64,000 bases of DNA from Proteobacteria bacterium UBA6503 (GCA_002436405.1 DJLZ01000001.1:58056-122055); one strand, 5' to 3'; shown: positions 8,127 to 18,359, numbered from the stretch's first letter. Notes: generated from the sequence alone by a model not told the origin. Program-made: numbers and translations.

Positions 8127-9956
8127 ATGTGCGGCATTTTCGGCGTTATTGGCGCTAAAACCCCAGTTCAGGACGTTCTAGAAGGCCTAGGCCGCCTAGA
8201 GTACCGTGGTTATGACTCTGCTGGCGTAGCCACTGTTTCAAACGGTGCCATTGCCATGACCCGCAGCATGGGTAAGCTACAGTCACTGCGAGACAAACTA
8301 AGCACCACCCCGCTGCCAAACAGCTGCCCTATTGCTATTGGTCACACCCGCTGGGCGACCCACGGTGAACCTTCAGAAACCAATGCCCACCCGCACCAAG
8401 GCCCTGACTGTGCCGTTGTGCATAACGGCATTATTGAAAACTACCAGCCGCTAAAAGAAGCGCTAACTTCAGAAGGTTTTGTGTTCCAGTCACAAACCGA
8501 TACCGAAGTTGTGCCAATGCTGATTAGTAAATTTATTAAAGAAGGTAAAGGCAAGCTTGACGCCGTTATTGAAACCCTCAACAAAGTTGAAGGTGCTTTT
8601 GCCCTAGGGATTGTTTTTAACGATGACCCTGACACCCTCTTTGCTGCACGCCGCGGCAGCCCACTGCTGACAGGCCATGGCGATACGCAAAACTACATTG
8701 CGTCAGACGCCATTGCCGTTGCCCCGTTTACCCAAAAGGTAACCTACCTTGAAAATGACGACGTTGCCGTTTTAACCTCAGACAGTGTGAAGTTTTACGA
8801 CAAAACAGGTACTCAGGTTGAACGTGCGCACAAAATTGTAAACACCAGCGCTGAAGCCACAGGTAAAGATGGTTTCCGTCACTTTATGTTGAAGGAAATC
8901 CACCAGCAGCCACAAGTTATGACCACCATTCTGGATCATTACCTTGATGATCAGCACAAAGATATTAACCTGCCTGAAATGCCCTTTAACTTGGCTGATA
9001 TTGAGCAGCTAAACTTTGTAGCGTGTGGCACATCATGCTATGCCGCCATGGTGGCCCGCTACTGGTTTGAAGAACTTGCCCATACACAAGTTAATGTGGA
9101 TGTTGCGTCTGAGTTCCGTTACCGCAACCCACCTCTTAACCTTAAAGGCCTAAGTATTTTCATCTCTCAAAGTGGTGAAACTGCCGATACCCTTGCAGGC
9201 CTAGAGCTTGTTAAAGGTGCAGGTCAACACAGTCTTGGTTTGGTAAACGTACCAACAAGTACGATTGCCCGTGATGCTGACTCTATGCTTGAGCTTTTGG
9301 CTGGCCCTGAAATTGGCGTAGCCTCAACAAAAGCCTTTACCGCACAGCTTATGGTGCTAGCCCTACTTGCCATTAAAATGGCTGAAGCCAAAGGCCACCT
9401 TGACGCCACAAAACGACAAGAGCTTATTAGCCACCTAGTAAAAGTACCTGCACAAATGATGCAAGTGCTTGACCATGCCTCAGAACTTGAAGCCATGGCC
9501 GAAACCATTGCGCCGGCAACTTCAGCCCTATACTTGGGCCGTGGTGCCCTCTTCCCGTTGGCGCTTGAAGGTGCCTTGAAGCTAAAAGAGATTAGCTACA
9601 TCCACGCTGAAGGTGCAGCCAGTGGCGAAATGAAGCACGGCTTGATTGCCCTTGTGGATGATAAAATGCCAATCGTTGCGCTTGCAAACTCAGGCCCACT
9701 TTTGGATAAGACAATTTCAAACGTGCAAGAAGTGATGGCTCGTAAAGGCCGCATGTACCTGATTGCTGATAAAAACGCCGCTGATACTGCTGGCGAAATG
9801 AATGGCGGCACCTTTACCGTGCCTGAAACAAGCCCATTTGTAGCGCCAATGTTGCAGGCTTTGCCAATCCAGCTATTGGCATACCATGTAGCTGTTTTGA
9901 AAGGCACCGACGTTGACCAACCACGTAACCTTGCTAAATCAGTAACGGTTGAATAA
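8127..9956 (+). CDS. glmS: Glutamine--fructose-6-phosphate aminotransferase
   Basis: MCGIFGV N-terminal nucleophile Cys, two SIS domains (SQSGETADT), and a C-terminal NLAKSVTVE. 609 aa. Confidence 0.95.
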   Translation: MCGIFGVIGAKTPVQDVLEGLGRLEYRGYDSAGVATVSNGAIAMTRSMGKLQSLRDKLSTTPLPNSCPIAIGHTRWATHGEPSETNAHPHQGPDCAVVHNGIIENYQPLKEALTSEGFVFQSQTDTEVVPMLISKFIKEGKGKLDAVIETLNKVEGAFALGIVFNDDPDTLFAARRGSPLLTGHGDTQNYIASDAIAVAPFTQKVTYLENDDVAVLTSDSVKFYDKTGTQVERAHKIVNTSAEATGKDGFRHFMLKEIHQQPQVMTTILDHYLDDQHKDINLPEMPFNLADIEQLNFVACGTSCYAAMVARYWFEELAHTQVNVDVASEFRYRNPPLNLKGLSIFISQSGETADTLAGLELVKGAGQHSLGLVNVPTSTIARDADSMLELLAGPEIGVASTKAFTAQLMVLALLAIKMAEAKGHLDATKRQELISHLVKVPAQMMQVLDHASELEAMAETIAPATSALYLGRGALFPLALEGALKLKEISYIHAEGAASGEMKHGLIALVDDKMPIVALANSGPLLDKTISNVQEVMARKGRMYLIADKNAADTAGEMNGGTFTVPETSPFVAPMLQALPIQLLAYHVAVLKGTDVDQPRNLAKSVTVE

Positions 9957-9968
9957 GAGGAACATATA

Positions 9969-10400
9969 ATGCTTACATTCGTACAAGCCGTTGAAACCTG
10001 TCTTGATAAATACACTGATTTTTCAGGCCGCGCCAAACGCAGTGAACTTTGGTGGTTTTTGCTTTTTGAAGTGCTTGTTGGTATTGCCGCAGGTCTGATT
10101 AGTAGCTTTTTTGTGAAGTATGAAATTGGTGGCATGGTTGGCCGCTTGGCTGAATGGCTGCCGGTTTTGGCGCAGCTTGGCCTGATTATCCCTCACTTTG
10201 CAGTGGGTGTACGCCGCTTGCATGATATTGGCCGCACAGGCTGGTGGATGATTTTGGCTCTGATGCCGCCACTGTCGATTATTTTGTTTATCTTCTGGGT
10301 TTTGCAGTCAGAACCACGTGATAATAAGTACGGTCCTTACACTAGCCCGCTAGACCCTAGCGATGCTTCAGATATGAAGGACGTAACCCCTAAAGAATAA
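9969..10400 (+). CDS. DUF805-family inner-membrane protein (YhaH/YhaI-like)
   Basis: FSGRAKRSELWWF and VGVRRLHDIGRTGWW are the DUF805 signature segments. Three to four hydrophobic helices. Confidence 0.8.
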   Translation: MLTFVQAVETCLDKYTDFSGRAKRSELWWFLLFEVLVGIAAGLISSFFVKYEIGGMVGRLAEWLPVLAQLGLIIPHFAVGVRRLHDIGRTGWWMILALMPPLSIILFIFWVLQSEPRDNKYGPYTSPLDPSDASDMKDVTPKE

Positions 10401-10402
10401 GC

Positions 10403-11014
10403 TTATGGCTTCACAACAAGTGTGGCTTTAACTGCTTGCCCTTCAGCTTCAATGTTGAAGGGCATTTTTAATAGTTCAGCAGCGCATGTTACAAACGACA
10501 AACCAAGGCCAAGACCTCGGCTATTTTGCCCCTTTGTAAAGGGCTCGGCGTAATCTTCAGGGAATGGGTTACACGCTTCGTTCGTTAGTTCAAGCACATG
10601 CCCTTTAGTGCTTTTATAAAGCTTAATTTTGGCGGGGTTTTCTGTGTTTGCGTGGGCAGCCACGTTATGCACAAGTTCTTCAATCAGCGCTTTTAGAATG
10701 GTGGGGTCCGTCTCAATACGAATGTTTTCATCAATGGCCAACAGCACACCTTCTGGGCGGTCAGCGGCTACAACTTCAAATACCAATGATGAAGCATCAA
10801 CAGGATGTGTTTCTTCCAACTCTGACTGTGCTTGGCACCACCCTAGTTTTGAGAACAACTTAATAGAGCGTGTAAGGGTATTTACATCGTTATTCAGCAT
10901 GTTACGTAGGGTTTCATCGTCAATCTCTACAAGCTCGGCTACGCTTTGAATGCGGCCTGCCACATTAAGTAAATCATGGGCAAATTGGCGGTAGTTTTTG
11001 GCGGTAAAAGTCAT
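10403..11014 (-). CDS. Small soluble histidine kinase core (DHp + HATPase_c, no sensor domain)
   Basis: H-box FAHDLLNVAGRI, N-box ELVHNVAAHA, and G2 box GLGLGLSF. Only 203 aa with no TM segment. Confidence 0.65.
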   Translation of the reverse strand: MTFTAKNYRQFAHDLLNVAGRIQSVAELVEIDDETLRNMLNNDVNTLTRSIKLFSKLGWCQAQSELEETHPVDASSLVFEVVAADRPEGVLLAIDENIRIETDPTILKALIEELVHNVAAHANTENPAKIKLYKSTKGHVLELTNEACNPFPEDYAEPFTKGQNSRGLGLGLSFVTCAAELLKMPFNIEAEGQAVKATLVVKP

Positions 11015-11109
11015 GAGGATCCTCGTATTGTTATTTTTACTAGTGTACGTGTATTTTTATGTCTTAAACAATTAAAAATATCGGCAGTTCGTGCTACTCT
11101 TTTCGACAA

Positions 11110-12234
11110 ATGGAAAAACTACACATTTGCCTAGTCTGCCCTGATGGAAGAAACTTTAGCCTGATTAAACAAACAGGCACGTTGGCGCTTGCCCTAAACC
11201 AAGCTGGCCTTAAAGTTTCGCTCGTCATTGGCCATGTTGAGACCAGTGCCCTGCAAAACCTGCACCCTGAAATTAGCACAAAGCACTTCTTCCGCGACCA
11301 AGGCATGCTGCCGCAAAAATGGCGCCAGCATATACATATGTTCCGCCAGCTTAGAAAACACCTGCACAAAGACCCAACCATTGATATTGTGCACCTGATG
11401 AGCTGCCGTTGGCCTTACTCGCTTTTGGCGCATATTCCACATCGTTTACAAATGCCAATTATGGCGAATGCCCAGCTTGAGAGTGACATTAACGTTAAAG
11501 CCATCCCCTTTTTAAAGCGCCCATTCCATCAGCGTGCGCTTAAGTGCATTCACCCCCTGATTGTGAACAGCCACCACATGCTTGATGTTGCTAAAAAGAA
11601 TGGCCTTGAGCACGTGGCCCTTATTGCCACTGGCGTACAAACTGACCAATTTAAACCTGTGCTTTCAAAACGCCCAACCCGCCGTGAACTTGGCCTACCT
11701 GAAAAAGCGACCCTTGTGTGCTGCATGGCTGATATTGCCCCAGAAAATGCGCAGCTTGAAGCCCTAGAGCGCTGCTTGCCGCTTTCTGAAGAGCGTCAAC
11801 TACTCTTCATTGGTAACGCCCCTGATAAAGAATACCTTGCCCGTATTGAAAAGCGCCTTGAAGAAAAAGGCTGCCTACCTTACGCGCACTTCCTTGATGC
11901 GGTGATGAACCCTGAAGAGTACCTGAAAGCCTCTGACCTGTTTATTTTGCTAGGTGGTATTGAGCAACGCCACGGTACAATTTTAGAAGCACAAAGTGCG
12001 GGCCTACCTGTTGTTTTGGCGCCAAGCCCAAGTGCTTTAATGCTAAGCAATGGTAACCGTTGCGGTGTTGTGCTTTACCCTAACAACCCGCTTGCTAAGC
12101 AAGCCTTTGATAAACTGATTGCTGATGCCACCTACCGCCAAGGCCGTGCGATTAACACCCGCCCCTATGTGCAGAAAGAATTTGGCTTCAAGAAAATGGT
12201 ACAGTCGTACGTAAAACTTTATACGAGTTTTTAG
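11110..12234 (+). CDS. Glycosyltransferase, GT4 / group-1 family
   Basis: The C-terminal half carries the GT-B EX7E-type region (GTILEAQSAGLPVVLAP). 374 aa. Confidence 0.7.
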   Translation: MEKLHICLVCPDGRNFSLIKQTGTLALALNQAGLKVSLVIGHVETSALQNLHPEISTKHFFRDQGMLPQKWRQHIHMFRQLRKHLHKDPTIDIVHLMSCRWPYSLLAHIPHRLQMPIMANAQLESDINVKAIPFLKRPFHQRALKCIHPLIVNSHHMLDVAKKNGLEHVALIATGVQTDQFKPVLSKRPTRRELGLPEKATLVCCMADIAPENAQLEALERCLPLSEERQLLFIGNAPDKEYLARIEKRLEEKGCLPYAHFLDAVMNPEEYLKASDLFILLGGIEQRHGTILEAQSAGLPVVLAPSPSALMLSNGNRCGVVLYPNNPLAKQAFDKLIADATYRQGRAINTRPYVQKEFGFKKMVQSYVKLYTSF

Positions 12235-12256
12235 AGCATTAAAGCTATTGGATAAC

Positions 12257-12292
12257 AAAAAGCCGCCCATCGAGGCGGCTCTTTAGATTTTT
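12257..12292. terminator. Bidirectional rho-independent terminator between convergent genes
   Basis: Perfect stem AGCCGCC (12261..12267) / GGCGGCT (12274..12280) with a 6-nt loop. An A-run precedes it and a T-rich tract follows. Confidence 0.7.
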
Positions 12293-12312
12293 GGGCAGAC
12301 TATCTGGTTAGG

Positions 12313-12648
12313 CTACTCACCTGGTTTTTCGCTAAACAGTTCACCTTTGTTGTCTTTTTCGGCCCAGCCGTCAGCGTCTTCCATAGGCTCTTTTTGTTCA
12401 GTGATGTTTGGCCATAGAGCAGAAAATTTGGTGTTGATATCAAGCCATTTTTCTTCGCCAGCAAGCAGTTCTTCATCGCTCTTGATAGCTTCAATCGGGC
12501 ACTCAGGCTCGCACACGCCACAATCGATGCATTCGTCCGGGTTAATCACCAGCATGTTTTCACCTTCGTAGAAGCAATCAACAGGGCAAACTTCTACACA
12601 GTCTGTGTATTTACATTTGATGCATTTGTCGGTCACGATGAATGTCAT
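12313..12648 (-). CDS. fdxA: 7Fe ferredoxin ([3Fe-4S][4Fe-4S])
   Basis: [29 protein letters not shown]...[12 protein letters not shown] is the classic FdxA cysteine pattern. Confidence 0.9.
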   Translation of the reverse strand: MTFIVTDKCIKCKYTDCVEVCPVDCFYEGENMLVINPDECIDCGVCEPECPIEAIKSDEELLAGEEKWLDINTKFSALWPNITEQKEPMEDADGWAEKDNKGELFSEKPGE

Positions 12649-12850
12649 TTTAAAGGCCGTCCTGTTTTTATAAATTTGCTTCTAAAAGTATTTATTAGCA
12701 CATCTTTTTATCCGAAATGGGGTTATTTTGCAACTGAGCTCTGTGCCAAAAAATGCATTTACCATCATGCCCATTAAAATTTGTGCTCTACATGATAAGG
12801 TTGTAGGGGAAATTATTAAGAATATAGGCTTTTTAAAGCAACAATTTAAC

Positions 12851-13693
12851 ATGCGACACCTTGCACGCTACCAATGGCTATTAATGCTACTGTTTGTGGC
12901 AGGTTTTCCTATGTCTTCAAAGGCGATTGCCGCCAGTGAAAAATCAGAGAATGAAAATAAAATCAAAATCACTGCTGAAGATCGCCTAAAAGCGCTAGAA
13001 CGCATCACCTCATTCAACCAAAGCCCTGAAATTAACCGACGTGAAATTTATAAAGGCAACGTGCTGAACAACGTGCCTGATGTTTTAAACACGCCAGCGG
13101 CCAAGGACACGCTTATTGCCCGCATGGAGCCACCCATTTACCAACACAACCCAATCAAAGGGCCTATGGGTGCGCCCGTAACCATTGTTGAGTTTAGCGA
13201 TATTAGCTGCCTTACCTGCGATAGCATGCGTAAGCAACTTGATGAGCTGCTAGAAAAATATCCCACGCACATTCGTTGGGTGCATAAGCATGCTTCAGAT
13301 AACCCATATAAGTCTGAAAATATTGCCATTTTCTATAGCAAGATTGCCAATAAAAACAATATCTTCTGGGAGTTTCGTCGTCAGCTTGAAAAGCTAGAAA
13401 GCTATAACGACGAAGTACTAATCGAAGCTTTAGGCTATGCCGGGATGCCAGTACATAACTCGCGCCGCTTAGTACGCCTGTATGCACGTGATGTGTACCG
13501 TGAAATTGATGCAGACCTTGCCCTGAACCGTAAACTAGGCTTAGGCAAAACCCCTGCCCTACTTGTAAATGGTATTCAGGTTGGTGGAAGTATTCCTTTT
13601 GAATCACTAGAAGACCTTGTACGCTATGAACTTGAGCGTCAAAAAGTGACGGTTCTGACTGAGAATACGGACGAAACAAAGAAAACAAAATAA
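12851..13693 (+). CDS. Periplasmic DsbA-like thiol:disulfide oxidoreductase
   Basis: Thioredoxin-fold CxxC (SCLTCDS) after VTIVEFSD, and a signal-like N-terminus (MRHLARYQWLLMLLFVAGFPMSSKAIA) at the in-frame ATG at 12851. The track ORF begins upstream at 12728. Confidence 0.7.
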   Translation: MRHLARYQWLLMLLFVAGFPMSSKAIAASEKSENENKIKITAEDRLKALERITSFNQSPEINRREIYKGNVLNNVPDVLNTPAAKDTLIARMEPPIYQHNPIKGPMGAPVTIVEFSDISCLTCDSMRKQLDELLEKYPTHIRWVHKHASDNPYKSENIAIFYSKIANKNNIFWEFRRQLEKLESYNDEVLIEALGYAGMPVHNSRRLVRLYARDVYREIDADLALNRKLGLGKTPALLVNGIQVGGSIPFESLEDLVRYELERQKVTVLTENTDETKKTK

Positions 13694-13714
13694 TAATTAA
13701 GGCTTTCTATCCGC

Positions 13715-15898
13715 ATGAGTGCACTGAAAGAGCAAATTAACGTTATTAAGAACTGGACCCGTGAAAACATGGGCCAAATGAAAGATGTTGAACCAACGCC
13801 TGACGTTAAGCTTGATAACCGCCCTACTGACCTTGGCGAAGATGCGACCGACATTGGCCGTAAGATTTTATCTGCCGCAATGGCAGACCGCTGTGCCTAC
13901 GAGCCTACCCAAGACCCTGGCTTTCAGCTGCACCCGGAAACATTATCTGCTGTACTTGAAAACAAGGATGCTAAAAACGAAGAAGGCGAAGCCCTTTATA
14001 ACTTTGAATCCACCCAAGTGCAGTACATGCTAGAAACCCTAGCCCCTTACACTGATGAGCTTAAAAAATTAGGCGAAGTGTATAGCCTAGGTATTGGTGA
14101 AAAACGCCTTACCACCACAATTTATCCACAGGTTGCGCAGTCTCAGTTTGATGCTAAACGTAAGGCCACATTAGGCCTTGATGGGCAGCTACTTTACCGT
14201 AAATTGATGAGCGAGCTTGATACTGCACGTAATACACCTGATAAATACGGTACCAACACGCCGATGGTACAAAAAATCCAGCGTGGTGTGCAGGTATACT
14301 CAGAAGGCCGTGTTTCAGACGCACTCACCATCCTCGAGAACGCCCGCAAAGAAGACCCGCACAACAAGCTGACTTCATATATTTTAAGTAATATCTTTTA
14401 CCACCGTGCGGCCCAAGGGCACCGTAAGTTTTTGCCGCAGGCCCGAGAAGAAGCCAAACGTGCCGCCACACGCATTGATAAAATTGATAGAACAATCACT
14501 GACCGCTTTAGCTACAACTACATTGCCATTGATGGATACTTTGGTCCAGAACGCCAACTTGAGGTGATTCGTAATTTTGGCCAGCTCGTACCACCTGCCG
14601 AACAAGCCTCTGAAGAAGCCCATGCACAATACATCAAAACCATGGTGTATCTATCGCTTACGCCTGCAACCGACTGGACTGAAAAAGACATTGCCATTAT
14701 CGAAGATATGGCACTTGAGTACGTTGGTGGCGGCCTATTGTTTGCCGTATTCTTTGAAAAGAAAGTTCTGCCCCAGCTTTACTCTGATAACAATGACACA
14801 ACCGAACGCTTTAAGCCTCTTGCAAACCTTATTCTACTACTCAAAGGCTTACAACATAACCTAAACGAAGTGCGCAGCGCCATCCGTGAACACTTCACTG
14901 AAAATGTTGAACAACTACCACCAGACTATTGGACCGTCAATCGACGCCTCATGCGTGTAATAGCAACCACATTGCCAGCCCCTGTTCTGGACTTGTACCT
15001 TGCAAACACATCCCTTAGTGGCAATGCCTTTACTGAAACAGAAAACCTTGACCGTGCCCTAGCAGAAAAAGAGCTTGAGATTGGCCCCTTCTGGAACCTT
15101 TGGATAGAGAAAATCAACTTTGCTGCTAAAAGCTATAGCCCCAAAGTTTTGCCCCACGTGATGGCCATTCAAGAGGGTGAAATTTTGCAAAAAGTTGTTC
15201 TGGCGGTTGAGGACCTTAAGCGAGCAGAGTCTCGTATTTTGAACCAGGACAAATGGGATCTTTCGCACCTTTACCAGCCTAAATATAACTACGAGAGCAT
15301 TGCTGAGCTTGGCCTAGGCCATGCCTATACATCAGCCTCATTTGCGCCTAAAAACTCTGTTTTAGCTGCACACTACAAAGCATGGGGTGGTTTGCTTCCG
15401 ACGGGGCTCCTCCCATCTGAAATTATTATGGAACGTGCAAAAGAAGGTGGCTTTGCCAACATTACAGAAGTTATTGCCGCGCTTGATGGCGCCGAAAAAC
15501 TTCTCAAAGAGCCGGAGTACGGCCTGGCGGCTAACCAAGAAAAAGGCTGGCAACTTTACCTAAATAAACAAGATATGGCCGATAAAAACAACGGCGGTAT
15601 GTTTAAAGAGCTTATGTCAGAAGTGATGTGGTTCATCCTGATTATCCCCGCAGCTATTTTGGCCTTTATGTTGGTCGCAAACTCAAGCTCGATGGCCAGT
15701 GGCTCACGCACATTCTCAATTATCTTTATTGGGGCTGTAATTATGGGTTGTGGCTTAGTTATTGTTTATAGATCGTCGCAGATTCAGGCGCGTCGTTCTC
15801 AGCGCCGTGTGGCAGATGATACCCACATGATGGGTAATGGTGATGACCACCATGACGATGATGAGGATGTAAGCCTACAAGACCTTGCCCAAAAATAA
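13715..15898 (+). CDS. Hypothetical 727-aa protein: large soluble N-terminal region, two C-terminal TM helices, His/Asp-rich tail
   Basis: Long clean ORF 21 nt after the DsbA-like gene. The hydrophobic segments VMWFILIIPAAILAFMLV and FSIIFIGAVIMGCGLVIVY are followed by GNGDDHHDDDEDV. No family recognised. Confidence 0.55.
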   Translation: MSALKEQINVIKNWTRENMGQMKDVEPTPDVKLDNRPTDLGEDATDIGRKILSAAMADRCAYEPTQDPGFQLHPETLSAVLENKDAKNEEGEALYNFESTQVQYMLETLAPYTDELKKLGEVYSLGIGEKRLTTTIYPQVAQSQFDAKRKATLGLDGQLLYRKLMSELDTARNTPDKYGTNTPMVQKIQRGVQVYSEGRVSDALTILENARKEDPHNKLTSYILSNIFYHRAAQGHRKFLPQAREEAKRAATRIDKIDRTITDRFSYNYIAIDGYFGPERQLEVIRNFGQLVPPAEQASEEAHAQYIKTMVYLSLTPATDWTEKDIAIIEDMALEYVGGGLLFAVFFEKKVLPQLYSDNNDTTERFKPLANLILLLKGLQHNLNEVRSAIREHFTENVEQLPPDYWTVNRRLMRVIATTLPAPVLDLYLANTSLSGNAFTETENLDRALAEKELEIGPFWNLWIEKINFAAKSYSPKVLPHVMAIQEGEILQKVVLAVEDLKRAESRILNQDKWDLSHLYQPKYNYESIAELGLGHAYTSASFAPKNSVLAAHYKAWGGLLPTGLLPSEIIMERAKEGGFANITEVIAALDGAEKLLKEPEYGLAANQEKGWQLYLNKQDMADKNNGGMFKELMSEVMWFILIIPAAILAFMLVANSSSMASGSRTFSIIFIGAVIMGCGLVIVYRSSQIQARRSQRRVADDTHMMGNGDDHHDDDEDVSLQDLAQK

Positions 15899-15899
15899 C

Positions 15900-16547
15900 C
15901 TACTGTTTGTGAGGCATAGGTGCAGGCCAAAAACCATTTTCATAGGCAAAAATAGCGACCTGCGTCCGATTATTCACCCCTAATTTACGCAAAAGCGTCT
16001 TCATATGTACTTTTGCGGTTTCTTCAGCCATATCAAGGGCAAGCGCAAGCTCTTTATTACTAGCACCTGTTGCAAGGTGGGCTAAAATCTCTCGTTCACG
16101 GGGGGTAAAATGATGCTTATGCCCTTTAAAAGAGGGTTGCGGCAATGGTTCAGCTGCACTCAACACCTGGCGCATACCTAGTAGCGTTTGTTCAATCGGC
16201 ATGGTCTTTGTAAAATAGCCCCATGCACCGGCTTCATAGGCCTGCTGGCACACCAAAGCATTATTATGTTTTGTAAGGCACACCGTTTTAACTTTAGGCC
16301 ATTTTGTTTGCACCATGGCTAAAAACTCTAACCCCTCATAGCGCTGCTGAAGGGTAATATCCATCACCAGCAAGTGTGGCTCATGTTGGGTCAAGTAGGC
16401 CAATGCTGCGGGGATTGACGTTACAGCTTCGGCAAGCATCCCCTCTTTTTGAATAAGCAGGCTTTTAAAGCTTTCACCAAAGGTGGCATGATCATCAACA
16501 ATTAGAACTGTGCTTCGAGAACCCATGGGGCCTTCCCTTCTAGCCAT
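15900..16547 (-). CDS. NarL/LuxR-family two-component response regulator
   Basis: Receiver domain (VLIVDDH..., DITL, K in LTKH) plus a LuxR HTH (TPREREILAHLATGASNKELALALDMAEETAKVHMKTLLRKLGV). Confidence 0.85.
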   Translation of the reverse strand: MARREGPMGSRSTVLIVDDHATFGESFKSLLIQKEGMLAEAVTSIPAALAYLTQHEPHLLVMDITLQQRYEGLEFLAMVQTKWPKVKTVCLTKHNNALVCQQAYEAGAWGYFTKTMPIEQTLLGMRQVLSAAEPLPQPSFKGHKHHFTPREREILAHLATGASNKELALALDMAEETAKVHMKTLLRKLGVNNRTQVAIFAYENGFWPAPMPHKQ

Positions 16548-16557
16548 TGGTTAAATT

Positions 16558-16716
16558 TTAGACGTCAGTGGGCAACTGCATTTGCCACTCAATGGTTTGT
16601 TTTGCTTTATTTTGGGCCACGGTTATGTGGCCATCCCATTGCTTAAGGCGCTGCCTTATTAAGGACAACCCAAACCGATGCGATGCCTTTTGCTGTTGAC
16701 GGGCAGCTAGCGGCAT
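16558..16716 (-). pseudogene. C-terminal remnant (~52 codons) of the cognate histidine kinase
   Basis: The minus-strand translation is MPLAARQQQKASHRFGLSLIRQRLKQWDGHITVAQNKAKQTIEWQMQLPTDV*. It ends 10 nt before the regulator ATG, as in a kinase-regulator operon. xxGLSLIRQRL..GHITV....T.....LP has the shape of an HATPase_c G2 box plus C-terminus. The frame is closed by a TAA at 16753..16755 and the next gene ends at 16773, so the rest of the kinase is absent. Confidence 0.5.
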
Positions 16717-16772
16717 AGGGCTTGCACCCCTAAAAACAAATGCTCGCGAGGGTTAATCTTGTATTGGCTGTC

Positions 16773-18359
16773 TTAGGCTTTTTTCTGAGCCTTAAGGTGA
16801 TCTGCCAAACGAAGCGAAAGCGCCAAAATTGTGAGCGTTGGGTTAGCCCAACCTGATGTTGTGAAGACTGAGCTGCCAACAACATAAAGGTTTTTAACGC
16901 CGTGCACTTGGCAGTCAGCGTTTACCACGCTCTTTTTAGGATCTTTACCCATGCGGGTCGTACCCATGTGGTGGAAGCCACCTTTGTCATGGTTACTAAT
17001 CAGTGGGTCATGCTGCCACTCAAGTGATTTATCATCAAACCATTCGGCCAGAACTGACTTACCGTAGCCACGGTCTTTCAGGCCGCAATCAAAGGCTTCA
17101 AGAAGCACTTTTGCTGACTCTTTATCAAGGTCAGAGAACTTCCAGTCTAGCTTGATTTTTGGTACGCCTAGGGCGTCTTTATCTTGGCTTAGCACTACGC
17201 GACTATCAGGGTTTGGCGCTTGTTCGGCACGAATTACCGAGTAAATACCATCTGCACCAAATTTGCCTTTACCCGACATTTGCTGCGGCAAAACATGTGA
17301 TTGTGCAAAACGTGAAGCACGCTTCACGATTGACCATAGCTTACGGCCAAAGCGTGTTGGCGCCATTTTATGGCGAAGGCGGTTATAAATGCGGCTGTAG
17401 AACACCTGGTTACGACCCTCATGGCGTGAAGGACGGAGTGAGAATGAGGTGTTTAGGATTTTCTTATCCTTTTGCAGGCCATCAGCCGGACGGAACAGCA
17501 TACCGTAACGGATGCCGTCGTGGTGGCTGTACACCTTAAACAGGTCGCTAAACTTATCGTGGTCAGCAGGTACAATAAGGCCGCCACGTGCATGTGGGTG
17601 CTCCATAAAGTAACGGCCCACTTGGTCATGCTCGTTACCGATGTTTGAAGCAAGTAGAATACGCGGGTTCTCAAGACCGCCCGTCGCTAGGATCACCTTT
17701 TTAGGTGTAATCGTTTCGCGCTTGCCGCCCGCTGTTGAAATTTCAATCGTTTCAATGGCCGACTTTGCTTTATTCATTTTAAGCTCAGTCACGTTGGCAT
17801 GTAGCACAATGCGGATGTTTGTATCGTCAGCCAAGTCGCTGCACTTACGCAAGGTAAAGCGGTCAAACTGGTCATCAAATTGCCAGTAGGCAACATCAAC
17901 ATATTTAGGGTCTACTGGGTTTGGCTTGGCTTCAGGGTGGCCATTGTTTGGCACTTCTGGAAGCTCAAGCATGCTACGGGCTTGGGTGTAGTAGTCATTA
18001 AGGTCAGCTTTTTTGATTGGCCAACCACTGTGTGGCACCCAGCTGCGTTCTTCAAAGTCAATATCATCAAGCTCAGCACAACGGCCACCCCAAATAGCAG
18101 TGGTCCCGCCAAAGAAGCGTAGGCGCGCGTCTTCTAGGTTGTAGTAGTCATAGCCAATGTTTTTACCTTGGGCCATGGCTTGTGTTTTCTTTTCGTAGTC
18201 TGAGCCACCACTTTCTAGCAGCAGTACTTCAAGGCCGCTATCTTTAAGGCCACGCGCAAGCGAAATGCCTGCAGCACCTGCCCCTACGATGCAAACATCA
18301 GGGTTTTTCCAGCCGTTAAGTGAGTGTTTTTCGAAGTCTCGTAGCATTTGATTCGTCAA
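16773..18359 (-). CDS. GMC-family FAD-dependent oxidoreductase
   Basis: N-terminal VCIVGAGAAGISLA dinucleotide fold, ATGGLENPRIL, and the C-terminal active-site region GGFHHMGTTRMG. Confidence 0.85.
   Translation of the reverse strand: MTNQMLRDFEKHSLNGWKNPDVCIVGAGAAGISLARGLKDSGLEVLLLESGGSDYEKKTQAMAQGKNIGYDYYNLEDARLRFFGGTTAIWGGRCAELDDIDFEERSWVPHSGWPIKKADLNDYYTQARSMLELPEVPNNGHPEAKPNPVDPKYVDVAYWQFDDQFDRFTLRKCSDLADDTNIRIVLHANVTELKMNKAKSAIETIEISTAGGKRETITPKKVILATGGLENPRILLASNIGNEHDQVGRYFMEHPHARGGLIVPADHDKFSDLFKVYSHHDGIRYGMLFRPADGLQKDKKILNTSFSLRPSRHEGRNQVFYSRIYNRLRHKMAPTRFGRKLWSIVKRASRFAQSHVLPQQMSGKGKFGADGIYSVIRAEQAPNPDSRVVLSQDKDALGVPKIKLDWKFSDLDKESAKVLLEAFDCGLKDRGYGKSVLAEWFDDKSLEWQHDPLISNHDKGGFHHMGTTRMGKDPKKSVVNADCQVHGVKNLYVVGSSVFTTSGWANPTLTILALSLRLADHLKAQKKA

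Noticed and set aside
9596-10135. 179-aa minus-strand ORF spanning the glmS end and the DUF805 gene start
   Set aside because: It overlaps two well-supported plus-strand genes and has no motifs.
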